Below, in pieces: positions 1 to 9,475 of a stretch of DNA of 64,000 bases. The number at the start of each line of letters is the position of its first letter. Position 1 is the first letter of the stretch. The stretch lies in NCBI RefSeq assembly GCF_000507245.1, contig NC_023035.1:2335570-2399569 (forward strand). The letters run 5' to 3'. This DNA is from Salinispira pacifica. GTDB taxonomy: Bacteria > Spirochaetota > Spirochaetia > DSM-27196 > Salinispiraceae. Under the pieces are notes generated by a model. It saw only the letters and a list, made by a program, of their open reading frames with translations, was not told where the DNA came from and did not search any database. The position numbers and the translations under genes were made by a program.

Positions 1-1
1 T

Positions 2-241
2 CTGCTGTTCAGCAGCCTGAGAGCCCTGGAGGACGAGCCTGAACCGCATAGAAGGCTCTGCGTGTTTGACGATTTTCCCTATAACGAATTTATCCGCGGG
101 GGTCTTACCGCATTGCGTCAGCCGGTGGATGCCATGGGTGGAGAGCTGATCCGGATTCTGCTGAAGCGCTTGGAGAACCCCCTCTGTGAACCCGAAATGT
201 CCCTGTTTCCTGCGGAACTTGTGGTGCGGGGCAGTCTCTAG
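2..241 (+). CDS. LacI-family transcriptional regulator, C-terminal fragment (gene begins upstream of the window)
   Basis: Frame 2 translates to ...VFDDFPYNEFIRGGLTALRQPVDAMGGELIRILLKRLENPL... and ends at TAG 239-241. This matches the conserved C-terminal end of LacI/PurR effector domains (LTTVRQP...MG..A...LL). Confidence 0.5.
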   Translation: MLFSSLRALEDEPEPHRRLCVFDDFPYNEFIRGGLTALRQPVDAMGGELIRILLKRLENPLCEPEMSLFPAELVVRGSL

Positions 242-365
242 TCCGATATTGCAGCCAACAGTCCGATACTGCAGCCGACCGCTGCTTCGCTTTCGTTTCC
301 GCTCTTTTCCGGTTTGGGACAGGCTGGAGTGGACAGGGAAACCGGTTTCGTGATTCAATACCAAT

Positions 366-1712
366 ATGAACAGCATCCTTTCAAACGCCCCGGAAACCGA
401 ACTCAGAGAAGAGATCAGACAAATCTGCCGAAGCCAGGTTCTTACACATATTCTGCCTTTCTGGCTCTCCGCAGCCCGGAGCGACGGAAGCATTCCTCCC
501 CGGGTTGACCCCGCCGGGATATCTCACCCGGATGCGTCGAGAGGATTGGTGATGATATCCAGGCTGCTGTGGACATTCTCCCGGCTCAACACCATTCTGA
601 ATGAAGCGCCGGATCAAAAATCGCCCGAAGGAACTGCTCTTTTTTCGGGGCTGCTGGAATCTGCAGAACAAATTCGCAATATCATGAGATGGGCGAAGGA
701 AACTCTCACATCGGGTTTCCGGGATGGAGAGCATGAGGGCTTTTTCTGGACCATTACCCCCGAGGGAAGGCCGGATCAGAGTCACAAGCAGATGTACGGT
801 CAGGCGTTTGCTCTTTACGGTATGAGCGAATATCTGAAAGCAGAGGACGATCCAGAAGTGCTGGAACTGTGCCATCGAACCTTCGATCTCATTCACAACA
901 GGGGTCAGGATGCGGAATACCGGGGATACTGGGACGCCTGCAGCCGGGACTGGACTCCCCAGGAGGATGTCTCCCTCTCCGATGCGGATATTCCCTGTGC
1001 GAAATCAATGAACACCCACCTCCACATCCTTGAAGCATTCAGCTGCTATGCACAGATGCTCCGGATGCGCGGCAGCTTCAGTGGAGGGAGCAGTACCCGG
1101 GATTCCCGGTCCGGAACCGTCACTCATGCCCTGGAGGAGCTTGTATCTCTTCACCTGCAGAAAATTACCCACCGGGACAGCGGACATCTTCAGCTGTATT
1201 TCACCCGGGACTGGAAGGCAATTGGGGCACCCAACTCTTTCGGCCATGACATTGAAGCGTTCTGGCTCATACGGGAAGCCATGGAAATTCTCCCGTCCGA
1301 ATTAGACCCCAATCCTATCTCACCGGGCCCGGAGCAGCTGTTCACCGCCGCCGTTCAGGGACTGCGATCATTTGAAGCACAACTTCCTGATGCAGCCCGA
1401 AGGCTGGAATTGAGCTGCATGATCAACGAAACCCATGAAGGTACAGAGGATTCATCCAGAATATGGTGGGTACAGGCGGAAGCGGCCGCAGGTCTTGGAG
1501 AAGCCTGGCGTATGCATAAAGAGAGAAGTACTCTTGAACAACTGTGGCGGATCATCAATTTTATCGAACATGTTCAGACCTCCGCCCTGGGAGAGTGGCA
1601 TTGGCGTACCGATGAGTACAATCAGCCCGATACGAGCCGGGACATGGCCGGAATGTGGAAGACCCCGTATCATAATGTCCGGGCAATGCTCGAAGTTCTT
1701 CATAGAATTTAA
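366..1712 (+). CDS. N-acylglucosamine 2-epimerase (AGE) superfamily protein; cellobiose/mannobiose 2-epimerase-like or sugar isomerase
   Basis: 448-aa ORF with AGE-family alpha/alpha-barrel motifs (...MNTHLHILEAFSCYAQ..., ...WWVQAEAAAGL...). It follows a LacI-family gene. Confidence 0.55.
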   Translation: MNSILSNAPETELREEIRQICRSQVLTHILPFWLSAARSDGSIPPRVDPAGISHPDASRGLVMISRLLWTFSRLNTILNEAPDQKSPEGTALFSGLLESAEQIRNIMRWAKETLTSGFRDGEHEGFFWTITPEGRPDQSHKQMYGQAFALYGMSEYLKAEDDPEVLELCHRTFDLIHNRGQDAEYRGYWDACSRDWTPQEDVSLSDADIPCAKSMNTHLHILEAFSCYAQMLRMRGSFSGGSSTRDSRSGTVTHALEELVSLHLQKITHRDSGHLQLYFTRDWKAIGAPNSFGHDIEAFWLIREAMEILPSELDPNPISPGPEQLFTAAVQGLRSFEAQLPDAARRLELSCMINETHEGTEDSSRIWWVQAEAAAGLGEAWRMHKERSTLEQLWRIINFIEHVQTSALGEWHWRTDEYNQPDTSRDMAGMWKTPYHNVRAMLEVLHRI

Positions 1713-1747
1713 ACTCACCCATGGAATTTAAACTCACCAATTTTTAC

Positions 1748-1785
1748 CTCCGGTGAGCCTTCTCACCGGAGCCCCGTCCCGGGGC
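1748..1785 (+). terminator. Stem-loop after the epimerase gene; putative terminator
   Basis: Perfect inverted repeat ctccggtgag / ctcaccggag with a 4-nt loop (cctt), followed by a second small hairpin (gccccg tcc cggggc). A T-rich stretch follows a few nt later. Confidence 0.45.
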
Positions 1786-1973
1786 AATTTCACGATAATT
1801 TTTTATTGATAAAAATGTAATTATATCTTATCATTCATGTATATAACTGAGTCTTTTACTAATGTTTGCATCCGGGTTTGGCATACACAAGAAAAGAGTG
1901 ATGCAGTATACTGAACCATGAACATCAGCATTATTTCAAATACCAAAGCAGCAGTGATCGTTGAGGAGGCATC

Positions 1974-3215
1974 GTGTTTCAGAAACAACAGATAATGAGG
2001 AAGGTATTATACTCCCTCATACCTATTTTCCTGTACTCCATCTATCTGTATGGATGGCGGGTGATAGCAGTAACGGCGGTAGTTTTCGGCGTGGGAATTC
2101 TTTCGGAATTCATCATGGAGAAAGCGCGGAATAAAAAAGTCAGCGAAGCCGTACTTGTCACATCAGCCCTGCTGGCCATGTCATTTCCTCCTGCGGTCCC
2201 CCTGTGGGTTGCGGCGGTAGCATCGGTGTTTTCTGTGGTGATGGGAAAGGGCGTATACGGCGGTTTCGGACGAAACGTGTTCAATCCGGCCATAACAGGC
2301 CGTATTTTTACATACATCTCATTCCCGCTTCTCATGCAGACCACATGGATGATCCCGGGCGTCTTCGGAACCCTGGGCATCAACGGTCAGACCCAGGGAA
2401 GCGCATTGATCGAAGCGGTGTTCATGATCCTCATCGTAGCCGCAGCATATCTGATTATTACCCGGAATTATGAGAAAAAAGGCCTGGTGAAAATCACCAT
2501 CTTCGGTTCTATCGCAGTAACCATTGCCCTCTATGTAATTACCTCCTACGCCGGAGTGCTTCAGCCGGAAGTTGATGCAGTGAGTACGGTAACTCCCCTT
2601 GAGATTTACCGTGGACTGGATTCGGAAAATCTTCCGGAGTCCGCAGAGTATATCAATGATAACACCCTTGGGAATCTGTTTTTCGGACGTCGGGTGGGCT
2701 CAATCGGTGAGAGTGCAATTTTCCTGATTATCATTGCAGCTATCTACCTTATGTGGACCAAAACCGCCAACTGGCGGATGATACTCATGACGCTGCTGTC
2801 CGCAGCCGTACTGACCACCATTTTCTACTATGCAGGATTTATCGCCGATCTGAGCGGCGGGGCGTTAATGAACCCCGCAGGGAAGACGCTCCTGGAACAG
2901 ATCGTGGATATTACCAAGTTCCTGTTCTCCGGATCTCTTTTCTACGTGGCGGTGTTCATGTCCACCGACCCTGTTTCCGGACCCAACAAGCCTCTGGCTC
3001 AGTTTCTCTACGGAATTATTATCGGCTCGGTAACCATTGTTATCAGGGTGTTCAGCGGATTCCCCGAAGGTACCAGCTTCGGTATTCTCATGGGCAACAC
3101 CTTCGCCAACCTGCTGGATGAGATATCTCCCAAACCGAAGAAAAAGGCCAAGAAATCGACGGCCAAAAAGCAGACGGCATCTAACAAGCCCGCATCAGAG
3201 GGGGCCAAAGCATGA
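1974..3215 (+). CDS. nqrB: Na+-translocating NADH:quinone oxidoreductase subunit B (NqrB/RnfD family)
   Basis: 413 aa, polytopic membrane protein with the GKGVYGGFGRNVFNPA motif typical of NqrB/RnfD. GTG start at 1974 with a GAGGAGG RBS 5 nt upstream. Unusual lysine-rich C-terminal tail (KPKKKAKKSTAKKQTASNKPASEGAKA). Confidence 0.85.
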   Translation: MFQKQQIMRKVLYSLIPIFLYSIYLYGWRVIAVTAVVFGVGILSEFIMEKARNKKVSEAVLVTSALLAMSFPPAVPLWVAAVASVFSVVMGKGVYGGFGRNVFNPAITGRIFTYISFPLLMQTTWMIPGVFGTLGINGQTQGSALIEAVFMILIVAAAYLIITRNYEKKGLVKITIFGSIAVTIALYVITSYAGVLQPEVDAVSTVTPLEIYRGLDSENLPESAEYINDNTLGNLFFGRRVGSIGESAIFLIIIAAIYLMWTKTANWRMILMTLLSAAVLTTIFYYAGFIADLSGGALMNPAGKTLLEQIVDITKFLFSGSLFYVAVFMSTDPVSGPNKPLAQFLYGIIIGSVTIVIRVFSGFPEGTSFGILMGNTFANLLDEISPKPKKKAKKSTAKKQTASNKPASEGAKA

Positions 3216-3844
3216 ACAAGAACAGCCTAATTTACACAATCATTTTCAGCTTTATCGTAACCTTCGCCTTTGTATTTCTGCTGGCACTGGCGAATGAGGG
3301 CACCAAGGATATTGTGGAGCAGAATCAGCGGCTTGAAGCAAACCGTGCGGTGCTCAGCGCCCTGGGAATCGACTTCAATCCCGCGGACAGGAACGAGGTG
3401 TTCAGCAGGTTCGAGGAAGTCAACGAACTGACCAGTGAAGAGGGCCTCACCTATTACCGTGCAAACGTGGAAGGAGAGACGGTGTACGCCCTCCAGACCA
3501 ACGGCGCGGGTCTGTGGGGAAACATCGAACTGGTGATCGGGTTTAATGAGGATGTTACCCGCTTCAAAGGTCTTGAAGTGATCGATCAGAATGAAACACC
3601 CGGCCTGGGCGGACGGATCACCGAGGACTGGTATTCCTCACAGTTTGTAAACCAGGCCATTCCCCAGGACGTGGCCTCCGGTAATGATAAACTCGCTCTT
3701 GCATCAGGTGACGGCAGAGGCGACGACAATAAAGACGATGCCAAGGTGGATGCCATTACCGGTGCGACCAGAACATCCGAGTCCATGCAGACGATTGTCT
3801 CCCGGGCGGCAGCAGAAATGAACTCAATATTGGGAGGTATGTAA
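3212..3844 (+). CDS. nqrC: Na+-NQR subunit C (NqrC/RnfG family, FMN-binding)
   Basis: 210 aa with an N-terminal TM helix. The covalent-FMN attachment motif ITGATRTSES is present. The start overlaps the nqrB stop. Confidence 0.85.
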   Translation: MNKNSLIYTIIFSFIVTFAFVFLLALANEGTKDIVEQNQRLEANRAVLSALGIDFNPADRNEVFSRFEEVNELTSEEGLTYYRANVEGETVYALQTNGAGLWGNIELVIGFNEDVTRFKGLEVIDQNETPGLGGRITEDWYSSQFVNQAIPQDVASGNDKLALASGDGRGDDNKDDAKVDAITGATRTSESMQTIVSRAAAEMNSILGGM

Positions 3845-4467
3845 TGGGTCAGGCCAAAGATGTACTGAAAAACAACATCTGGGACAACAATCCCATCCTT
3901 ATTCAGATTCTGGGGATTTGTTCCACTCTGGCGGTTACCAACCTGTTGACCAACACCGCCATTATGACAATCGGAGTAACGCTGGTAACGGCGTTTTCCA
4001 GTTTTACCATATCTATCATCAAGAAATTAATTCCCCGCAAGGTGCGGATGATTGTACAGACACTGATCATTGCTTTTTATGTGATTATCGTGGATCTGCT
4101 GCTCAAGGCTTTCAGTCCTGAGATCAGCAAGAATCTCGGCCCCTATGTGGGTCTGATCATCACCAACTGTATTATCATGGGACGGGCGGAAGCCTTCGCC
4201 CAGAGCAATCCGCCCCTCATTTCCTTCTGGGACGGGTTCACCACAGGACTGGGCTATATGTCGGTTCTCATGCTCATCGCATTTGTACGGGAGCTGCTGG
4301 GATTCGGTACGCTTTTCGGCTTCCGGGTACTTCCCCTTGCGTTTACCTCAGGCGGATACAACTGGACCATCATGGTGATGGCCCCCAGCGCCTTCTTCCT
4401 GGTGGGAATACTCTTATGGATAGCCAAATCGATTATGCTCAAGGGCGAAGCCCAGGGAGGTAACTAA
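3844..4467 (+). CDS. nqrD: Na+-NQR subunit D (NqrD/RnfE family)
   Basis: 207-aa polytopic membrane protein, translationally coupled to nqrC. Its position and size fit NqrD. Confidence 0.85.
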   Translation: MGQAKDVLKNNIWDNNPILIQILGICSTLAVTNLLTNTAIMTIGVTLVTAFSSFTISIIKKLIPRKVRMIVQTLIIAFYVIIVDLLLKAFSPEISKNLGPYVGLIITNCIIMGRAEAFAQSNPPLISFWDGFTTGLGYMSVLMLIAFVRELLGFGTLFGFRVLPLAFTSGGYNWTIMVMAPSAFFLVGILLWIAKSIMLKGEAQGGN

Positions 4468-5060
4468 TGAGTGAAGTATTGAATCCTTTTTCCCTGTTTT
4501 TTGCATCAATTTTTACATCCAACATTCTGCTGGCCAACTTTCTGGGGATGTGTTCGTTTATCTCCATTTCCAAGGACCTGAAAAGTTCCAACGGTCTGGG
4601 AATGGCGGTTACCCTGGTGCTTGTGATCACCGCAGGAGTGAACTGGGCGGTTCTGAACTTCATTCTTGAACCCCTGGGGCTTGTGTACCTCCGCTTTATC
4701 GTATTTATTATCGTTATTGCGGCGGTGGTTCAGATCCTTGAAATGGTGATTGACCGTTTAAGCCCCGCACTTTACATGAATCTGGGGATCTTTCTTCCCC
4801 TGATCACCGTAAACTGTGCAATCCTGGGTGTGAGCCTTTTTATGGAAATCCGGGAATACACATTCACCCAGAGCCTCATATACGGCCTGGGAAGCGGTCT
4901 GGGCTGGTGGCTGGCCATTCTGGCCCTTGCGGCCATCAGGAAGAAAACCGATAAGGCCCCGGTTCCCGCGGGACTCCAGGGTCCGGGAATTACCATGATC
5001 ACCATCGGCTTTATGGCCATGGCGTTTATCGGATTCTCGGGCATGCTTCAGGTACAGTAA
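4467..5060 (+). CDS. nqrE: Na+-NQR subunit E (NqrE/RnfA family)
   Basis: 197-aa polytopic membrane protein, overlapping the nqrD stop. Conserved-Cys membrane protein of the NqrE/RnfA type. Confidence 0.85.
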   Translation: MSEVLNPFSLFFASIFTSNILLANFLGMCSFISISKDLKSSNGLGMAVTLVLVITAGVNWAVLNFILEPLGLVYLRFIVFIIVIAAVVQILEMVIDRLSPALYMNLGIFLPLITVNCAILGVSLFMEIREYTFTQSLIYGLGSGLGWWLAILALAAIRKKTDKAPVPAGLQGPGITMITIGFMAMAFIGFSGMLQVQ

Positions 5061-5072
5061 GGAGAAGATCTC

Positions 5073-6194
5073 ATGGCAACTATGTTACTTGCACCCGTGG
5101 CCATCGGCGCAGTGAGCGCCTTTCTGGGTGCGCTGATTTCCATCACCGATAAGATCGTTAACAACTACGGTGAAGTGCAGATCGACATCAACAACGGAAA
5201 AAAAGATGTGGAGGTAAAGGGCGGAAGTCCTCTGCTTCTCAGCCTGGCGGAACAGGATATATTCGTACCCTCCGCCTGCGGAGGCCGGGGAAGCTGCGGA
5301 GCCTGTAAGGTGAAGGTCACCAGCGATGTGGGCCCCCACCTTCCCACGGAAACCCCCTACCTCACCAAGGAAGAAATTGCGGATAATGTACGCCTCTCCT
5401 GCCAGGTAAAGGTAAAACAGGATCTCTCCATTGAGATCCCCGAAAGCCTCTTCAACATTAAAAAGGTGAAGACCACAATTGAGAAGATTACCGATGTCAC
5501 CCATGACATTAAGGAAGTGCTGGTAAAACTCCCCGAAGGAACGGATCTTCAATACGAGGCCGGACAATACGGTCAGTTTGAGGCTCCCAAATACGGAAAG
5601 GTAAAAGAAGCCACTCAGCGGGCATATTCCTTTTCCTCGGACCCACAGGATAAAGAACATCTTGAGTTTCTTATCCGTCTGGTGCCCGGCGGTATTGTCA
5701 CAACCTATGTGCATGAATACCTGAAAGAGGGTGACAGCATCAATATTGTAGCCCCTGTGGGGGACTTCAAGGTGCAGAAAACCGATGCTCCCATGATCTG
5801 TGTTGCCGGCGGTTCGGGAATGGCGCCTTTCAAGTCCATTTTCAACCAGATGATCCATGACGGCAGCATAGAAACTCGGGAAGTGTGGTACTTCTTCGGA
5901 GCCAGAACCACCAAGGATATTTTTTACATGGACTGGCTCAAGGAACTGGAAGAGAAGTATCCCAAGTTTCACTTCATTCCCGCCCTCTCCGAACCTCAGG
6001 AGGGTGACGGTTGGACCGGGGAAACCGGCCTGATTACCGACGTGATGGATAAATACCTGAAGTCCGATGAACTGAAGGATGCCGAAAAAGAAGGGTATTT
6101 ATGCGGAAGTCCCGGCATGCTTGATGCCTGTATGGTGGTTATGCGGGATAACGACATGCAGGAAGAGCGCATATATTTCGATAAATTCGCATAA
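5073..6194 (+). CDS. nqrF: Na+-NQR subunit F (2Fe-2S ferredoxin plus FAD/NADH-binding reductase)
   Basis: 373 aa. N-terminal TM helix, 2Fe-2S ferredoxin motif CGGRGSCGACKV, then the FNR-like FAD/NAD module (RAYSFSS..., ...GGSGMAPF...). NqrF is diagnostic of Nqr rather than Rnf. Confidence 0.85.
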   Translation: MATMLLAPVAIGAVSAFLGALISITDKIVNNYGEVQIDINNGKKDVEVKGGSPLLLSLAEQDIFVPSACGGRGSCGACKVKVTSDVGPHLPTETPYLTKEEIADNVRLSCQVKVKQDLSIEIPESLFNIKKVKTTIEKITDVTHDIKEVLVKLPEGTDLQYEAGQYGQFEAPKYGKVKEATQRAYSFSSDPQDKEHLEFLIRLVPGGIVTTYVHEYLKEGDSINIVAPVGDFKVQKTDAPMICVAGGSGMAPFKSIFNQMIHDGSIETREVWYFFGARTTKDIFYMDWLKELEEKYPKFHFIPALSEPQEGDGWTGETGLITDVMDKYLKSDELKDAEKEGYLCGSPGMLDACMVVMRDNDMQEERIYFDKFA

Positions 6195-6205
6195 TGTACC
6201 ATTAC

Positions 6206-6234
6206 GGCCGCCGGGAGTTCACTTTCCGGCGGCC
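6206..6234 (+). terminator. Stem-loop terminator after nqrF
   Basis: 9-bp perfect inverted repeat ggccgccgg / ccggcggcc with an 11-nt loop, immediately after the nqrF stop and followed by tgttct. Confidence 0.5.
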
Positions 6235-6257
6235 TGTTCTATAAGGAGCAGACAACC

Positions 6258-6710
6258 ATGAAACAAACACCAGATTACAGCAAAGCCGAAGCGAACATGC
6301 AGTCCGGAGTGATCACCGCCGACGGGTTCCTGGGCGAGGACACCAGGCCTCTGGCGGACATCATCGAACACGATGAAGAGCTGTTTGCTGAACTGAATAT
6401 CACCTTTGATTCAGTTGCTGAGAAGCTGGAATACCTGATGAAAAAGGGACAGACCGGTCTGGGCGAGCCCATTACCGTGGATGACACCTGGCTGGTCCGT
6501 ACTGATGAAACCAGGGGCTATCTTCCTTCCCCATTCGGAGACGGAGTGTTTCACAAAATCAACGTGGAAGTAGAGCTCAAGGGAAGCGGCAAGACGCTGC
6601 TTTTCACCGAGATGAACATCCATATGCTGAGGAAATTTCATTTTCTTGAGGGCAAGGGTTCAACCTTCAGAATGGAGCCTGCCCTCATTAAAGAGGTACT
6701 GATTCTCTGA
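6258..6710 (+). CDS. Hypothetical soluble protein (150 aa)
   Basis: Clean ORF with an AAGGAG RBS 8 nt upstream. It has no TM segments and I recognise no family. It sits between the nqr operon and the degraded ABC permease genes. Confidence 0.5.
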   Translation: MKQTPDYSKAEANMQSGVITADGFLGEDTRPLADIIEHDEELFAELNITFDSVAEKLEYLMKKGQTGLGEPITVDDTWLVRTDETRGYLPSPFGDGVFHKINVEVELKGSGKTLLFTEMNIHMLRKFHFLEGKGSTFRMEPALIKEVLIL

Positions 6711-6726
6711 TTTTTTCTGATATTAT

Positions 6727-7940
6727 TTGACAAATTCTCTTCTCCGGTTCACCATGTGGCCCTGCTGTACCAGGCGTTTTCATAGGGAATATACACTTTT
6801 GAACCGCCCCGGCCATCACATGCCTGACCGGAGACATGAAGTGAATAAGATATCAGCGCTGCCGGGCAATGTACTGGTAATTCTTTTTTCCGGCATTGCC
6901 GTTTCCGCCTTCCTTGCAGTTCTTATAACTGTGATCTATCGGATCTCCGCCGGTTTAGCCGGCGGCACCGTCGACTCTTCAAAAAAACCTCCCAGAGGTC
7001 CGATTCTGCGCCGATTGCACGGAAGCACAAAGACCGGAACTGTCCACAAACATCCCATTGTACCCGCTCTTATCATCGTTCCCATCCTCGCCCTGGGAGT
7101 GACCATGGGTTTCCCCTGGTGTATACGGTGGTTCTCAGTTTCGGCAATATGAATCTGTTCCATTTTCGAAATCCCGACTTATCCCTGAGCCTCTTCATGG
7201 AAAATATGATCGGCGTGTTCACCGGCCCCATCCTCCGGCGTGACGGACTGTGGATAATACTGGCCCGAACCCTGTTGTGGACGGGAATCCAGACCTTCTT
7301 CCAGGTGCTGCTGGGGATGATACTGGCTCTCAGCCTGAATGCACCCATCCGCTTCGCCCGCTTCTTCAAGTGGATGCAGGTTCTGCCCTGGGCCATTCCC
7401 GGCACCATCTCTCTGATGACTCTTCGCTATGAATTTCATCCCAGCTTCGGTTTCATAAATCAGGTTCTTGAGCTTCTCCCGGGTGTTGCCACAGGTCCTG
7501 CGTGGTGGAGCGATCCGTTCTGGAACTTCGTCTCCATGAATCTGGTGAATCTGTGGCTTGGAGTCCCTTTTATGATGATACTCCTTCTTGGGGCGCTGCA
7601 GGGCGTGGACCGAAACTGCCTTGAAGCAGCTGAACTGGACGGTGCAAGCCGTATGCGCAGGCTGTTTTCAGTGACCCTGCCCCTGATACTGCCCACGGTA
7701 CTCCCGGCGGTGCTTTTTTCCGCCATCTACAGCTTCAATAATTTCGGGGTGCCCTACTTCATGAACCCCCAGGAGCTGGAAAACAGCCATCTGCTGTCCC
7801 TTGCCATCTTCCGGGCCGCCAGCTATTTCAACCGCTACAGCTTTTCCTCGGCACTGGCCATTGTGAACACTCTTCTGGTACTTCTGATGGTGATAATTCC
7901 CATCCGCTACAGCGGACTTCTCCAGGAGGCCAAACGATGA
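6727..7940 (+). pseudogene. MalF/UgpA-like sugar ABC transporter permease interrupted by a -1 frameshift at a poly-C tract near 7113-7116
   Basis: Frame 1 (6727..7152) supplies the TM1 segment ...PALIIVPILALGVTMGFP. Frame 3 (7119..7940) continues LVYTVVLSFGN... through the EAA loop motif EAAELDGASRMRRLF. Adding one C to the run ttcccctgg would restore GFPLVYTVVLSF in one frame. The true N-terminus is unclear. Confidence 0.5.
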
Positions 7941-8605
7941 GACGTTTTCCGCCGTTCCTCAAATTTCTGGCATACTCGATTCTTATCGTGGCCGCTCTCA
8001 TCACCCTCTATCCGGTTCTCAGGGTGATCAGCATCAGTTTCCGGCCCCACAACATGATCCTCACCACCGGGCTGAGTCTTTTCCCCGATTCACCCACTCT
8101 GGAAAACTATCTGCAGTTGTTCACTGAGCGAAGCTTTCTGCTGTGGATCGGCGGTTCCCTCGCAATCACCGGGGTTACTGCCGGCCTGGCCGTTTCCATT
8201 GCCACCCTGTCGGCGTATGCCCTCACCCGCTGGAAGTTCCGTCTGCGCAACTCCATCCTGTTAAGCATATTTTTCACCCAGCTCATCCCCGGCTCGGTAA
8301 TGCTGGTTCCCACCTACCTGATGATTCTTAAGCTGAATCTGGTCAACACCTATCCGGGGTTGCTTCTCTCTTATGCCATTGCCACGGTACCATTCAGCAT
8401 CTGGCTTCTCAGAGGATACTTCATGGGCATTGACGTTGAGCCCGAGGAAGCGGCAATGATCGACGGAGCGGGACCGTTGAGGATATTTTATTCGGTGCTC
8501 CTGCCCCAGGCGGTTCCGGTACCGGCCGTGATTTTCATGAAAGTGAGCGGAGCCCTCCACACCGGGCTTGCCAGGGGCAGCGGCAAAGGCATGGGAAACC
8601 GATAA
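7937..8605 (+). CDS. MalG/UgpE-like sugar ABC transporter permease, apparently C-terminally truncated (about 55 aa missing)
   Basis: 222 aa with EAA loop EEAAMIDGAGPLRIFYSVLLPQAVP. The sequence then diverges (MKVSGALHTGLARGSGKGMGNR*) instead of the conserved final two TM helices. None of the three forward frames continues the family, and AT-rich non-coding DNA follows. Confidence 0.55.
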   Translation: MRRFPPFLKFLAYSILIVAALITLYPVLRVISISFRPHNMILTTGLSLFPDSPTLENYLQLFTERSFLLWIGGSLAITGVTAGLAVSIATLSAYALTRWKFRLRNSILLSIFFTQLIPGSVMLVPTYLMILKLNLVNTYPGLLLSYAIATVPFSIWLLRGYFMGIDVEPEEAAMIDGAGPLRIFYSVLLPQAVPVPAVIFMKVSGALHTGLARGSGKGMGNR

Positions 8606-8876
8606 AATATTACCCCGTGTGCGTTGCCCTCTCCGGAAATTTATCGTATATTCATACAGGTCGCACGGCATCACGAATTGGGAACATTTCAATCCGGCGC
8701 TGTGATCGAAAATGGTATTTTATTATATGGTATATAATTATGATCATTGCTCTACCCAAGTACCCGGCCGTACATGAGGTTGATTTGATCATCAGGTTTA
8801 TGCATTTTGCTGTATAGATGCAATGTACCGGCCAAGGACGCTATTTGCCGGCCCCCGAGGAGAAGCGAACCGGACC

Positions 8877-9404
8877 ATGCAGAATAAACGCTACATACTC
8901 CTTGGGTTAAAACACAGCGGCAAAACTTCTCTGGCTCAGGGAATGTCCAGGCAGCTTGGCATTCCATGGTTCGACCTGGATCACCGCATCGCATCTTCCC
9001 ACCCCCAATATCCGGATATCAGAAGCATGTACCGGGAACGAGGGCTGGCCTGGTTTCAGGAACAGGAATGCATTGCCTATGACTCCATCAGCGACCCCCA
9101 CTGCATAATTGCCTGCGGAGGGGGAGCCATGGAAAATCCTTCTCTTATGGAACGGATAGCAGCGGAGAGAGACGAAAGTCCGAAAACGCTGAGAATATTC
9201 ATCGACAGCCCGGAGGAGCTGCTGTTTACCAGAATTATCAAACACGGCATCCCGCCGTTTCTCTCGTCAGACGCACCCCGGGAACATTTCAGGTCCCTGT
9301 ATGTGCGGCGGAGAAACATGGGGCTTGAACACGCTGATGTGGTAATCAGTGCAGGCGAACTGGACAAGGAAGAGGTTCTTCAGCAGCTGCTTGATAGAAT
9401 ATAA
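8877..9404 (+). CDS. aroK: Shikimate kinase
   Basis: Walker A LGLKHSGKTSL and a shikimate-kinase-like layout (...FDLDHRI..., ...IIACGGGAME...), about 176 aa from the internal ATG at 8877. It lies directly upstream of aroC. The ORF track extends it to 8823. Confidence 0.7.
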   Translation: MQNKRYILLGLKHSGKTSLAQGMSRQLGIPWFDLDHRIASSHPQYPDIRSMYRERGLAWFQEQECIAYDSISDPHCIIACGGGAMENPSLMERIAAERDESPKTLRIFIDSPEELLFTRIIKHGIPPFLSSDAPREHFRSLYVRRRNMGLEHADVVISAGELDKEEVLQQLLDRI

Positions 9405-9475
9405 GCACATAAACATATACAATGAACGGAATAAAATTGTGCACACGGAAATAACCCGGGATAGGAGATACGGCT

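Noticed and set aside
6258-6710. Considered whether the 150-aa gene after nqrF is NqrM or ApbE (Nqr maturation factors)
   Set aside because: NqrM is a small Cys-rich membrane protein of about 80 aa and ApbE is a roughly 340-aa FAD:protein FMN transferase. This soluble 150-aa protein fits neither, so it is left as hypothetical.
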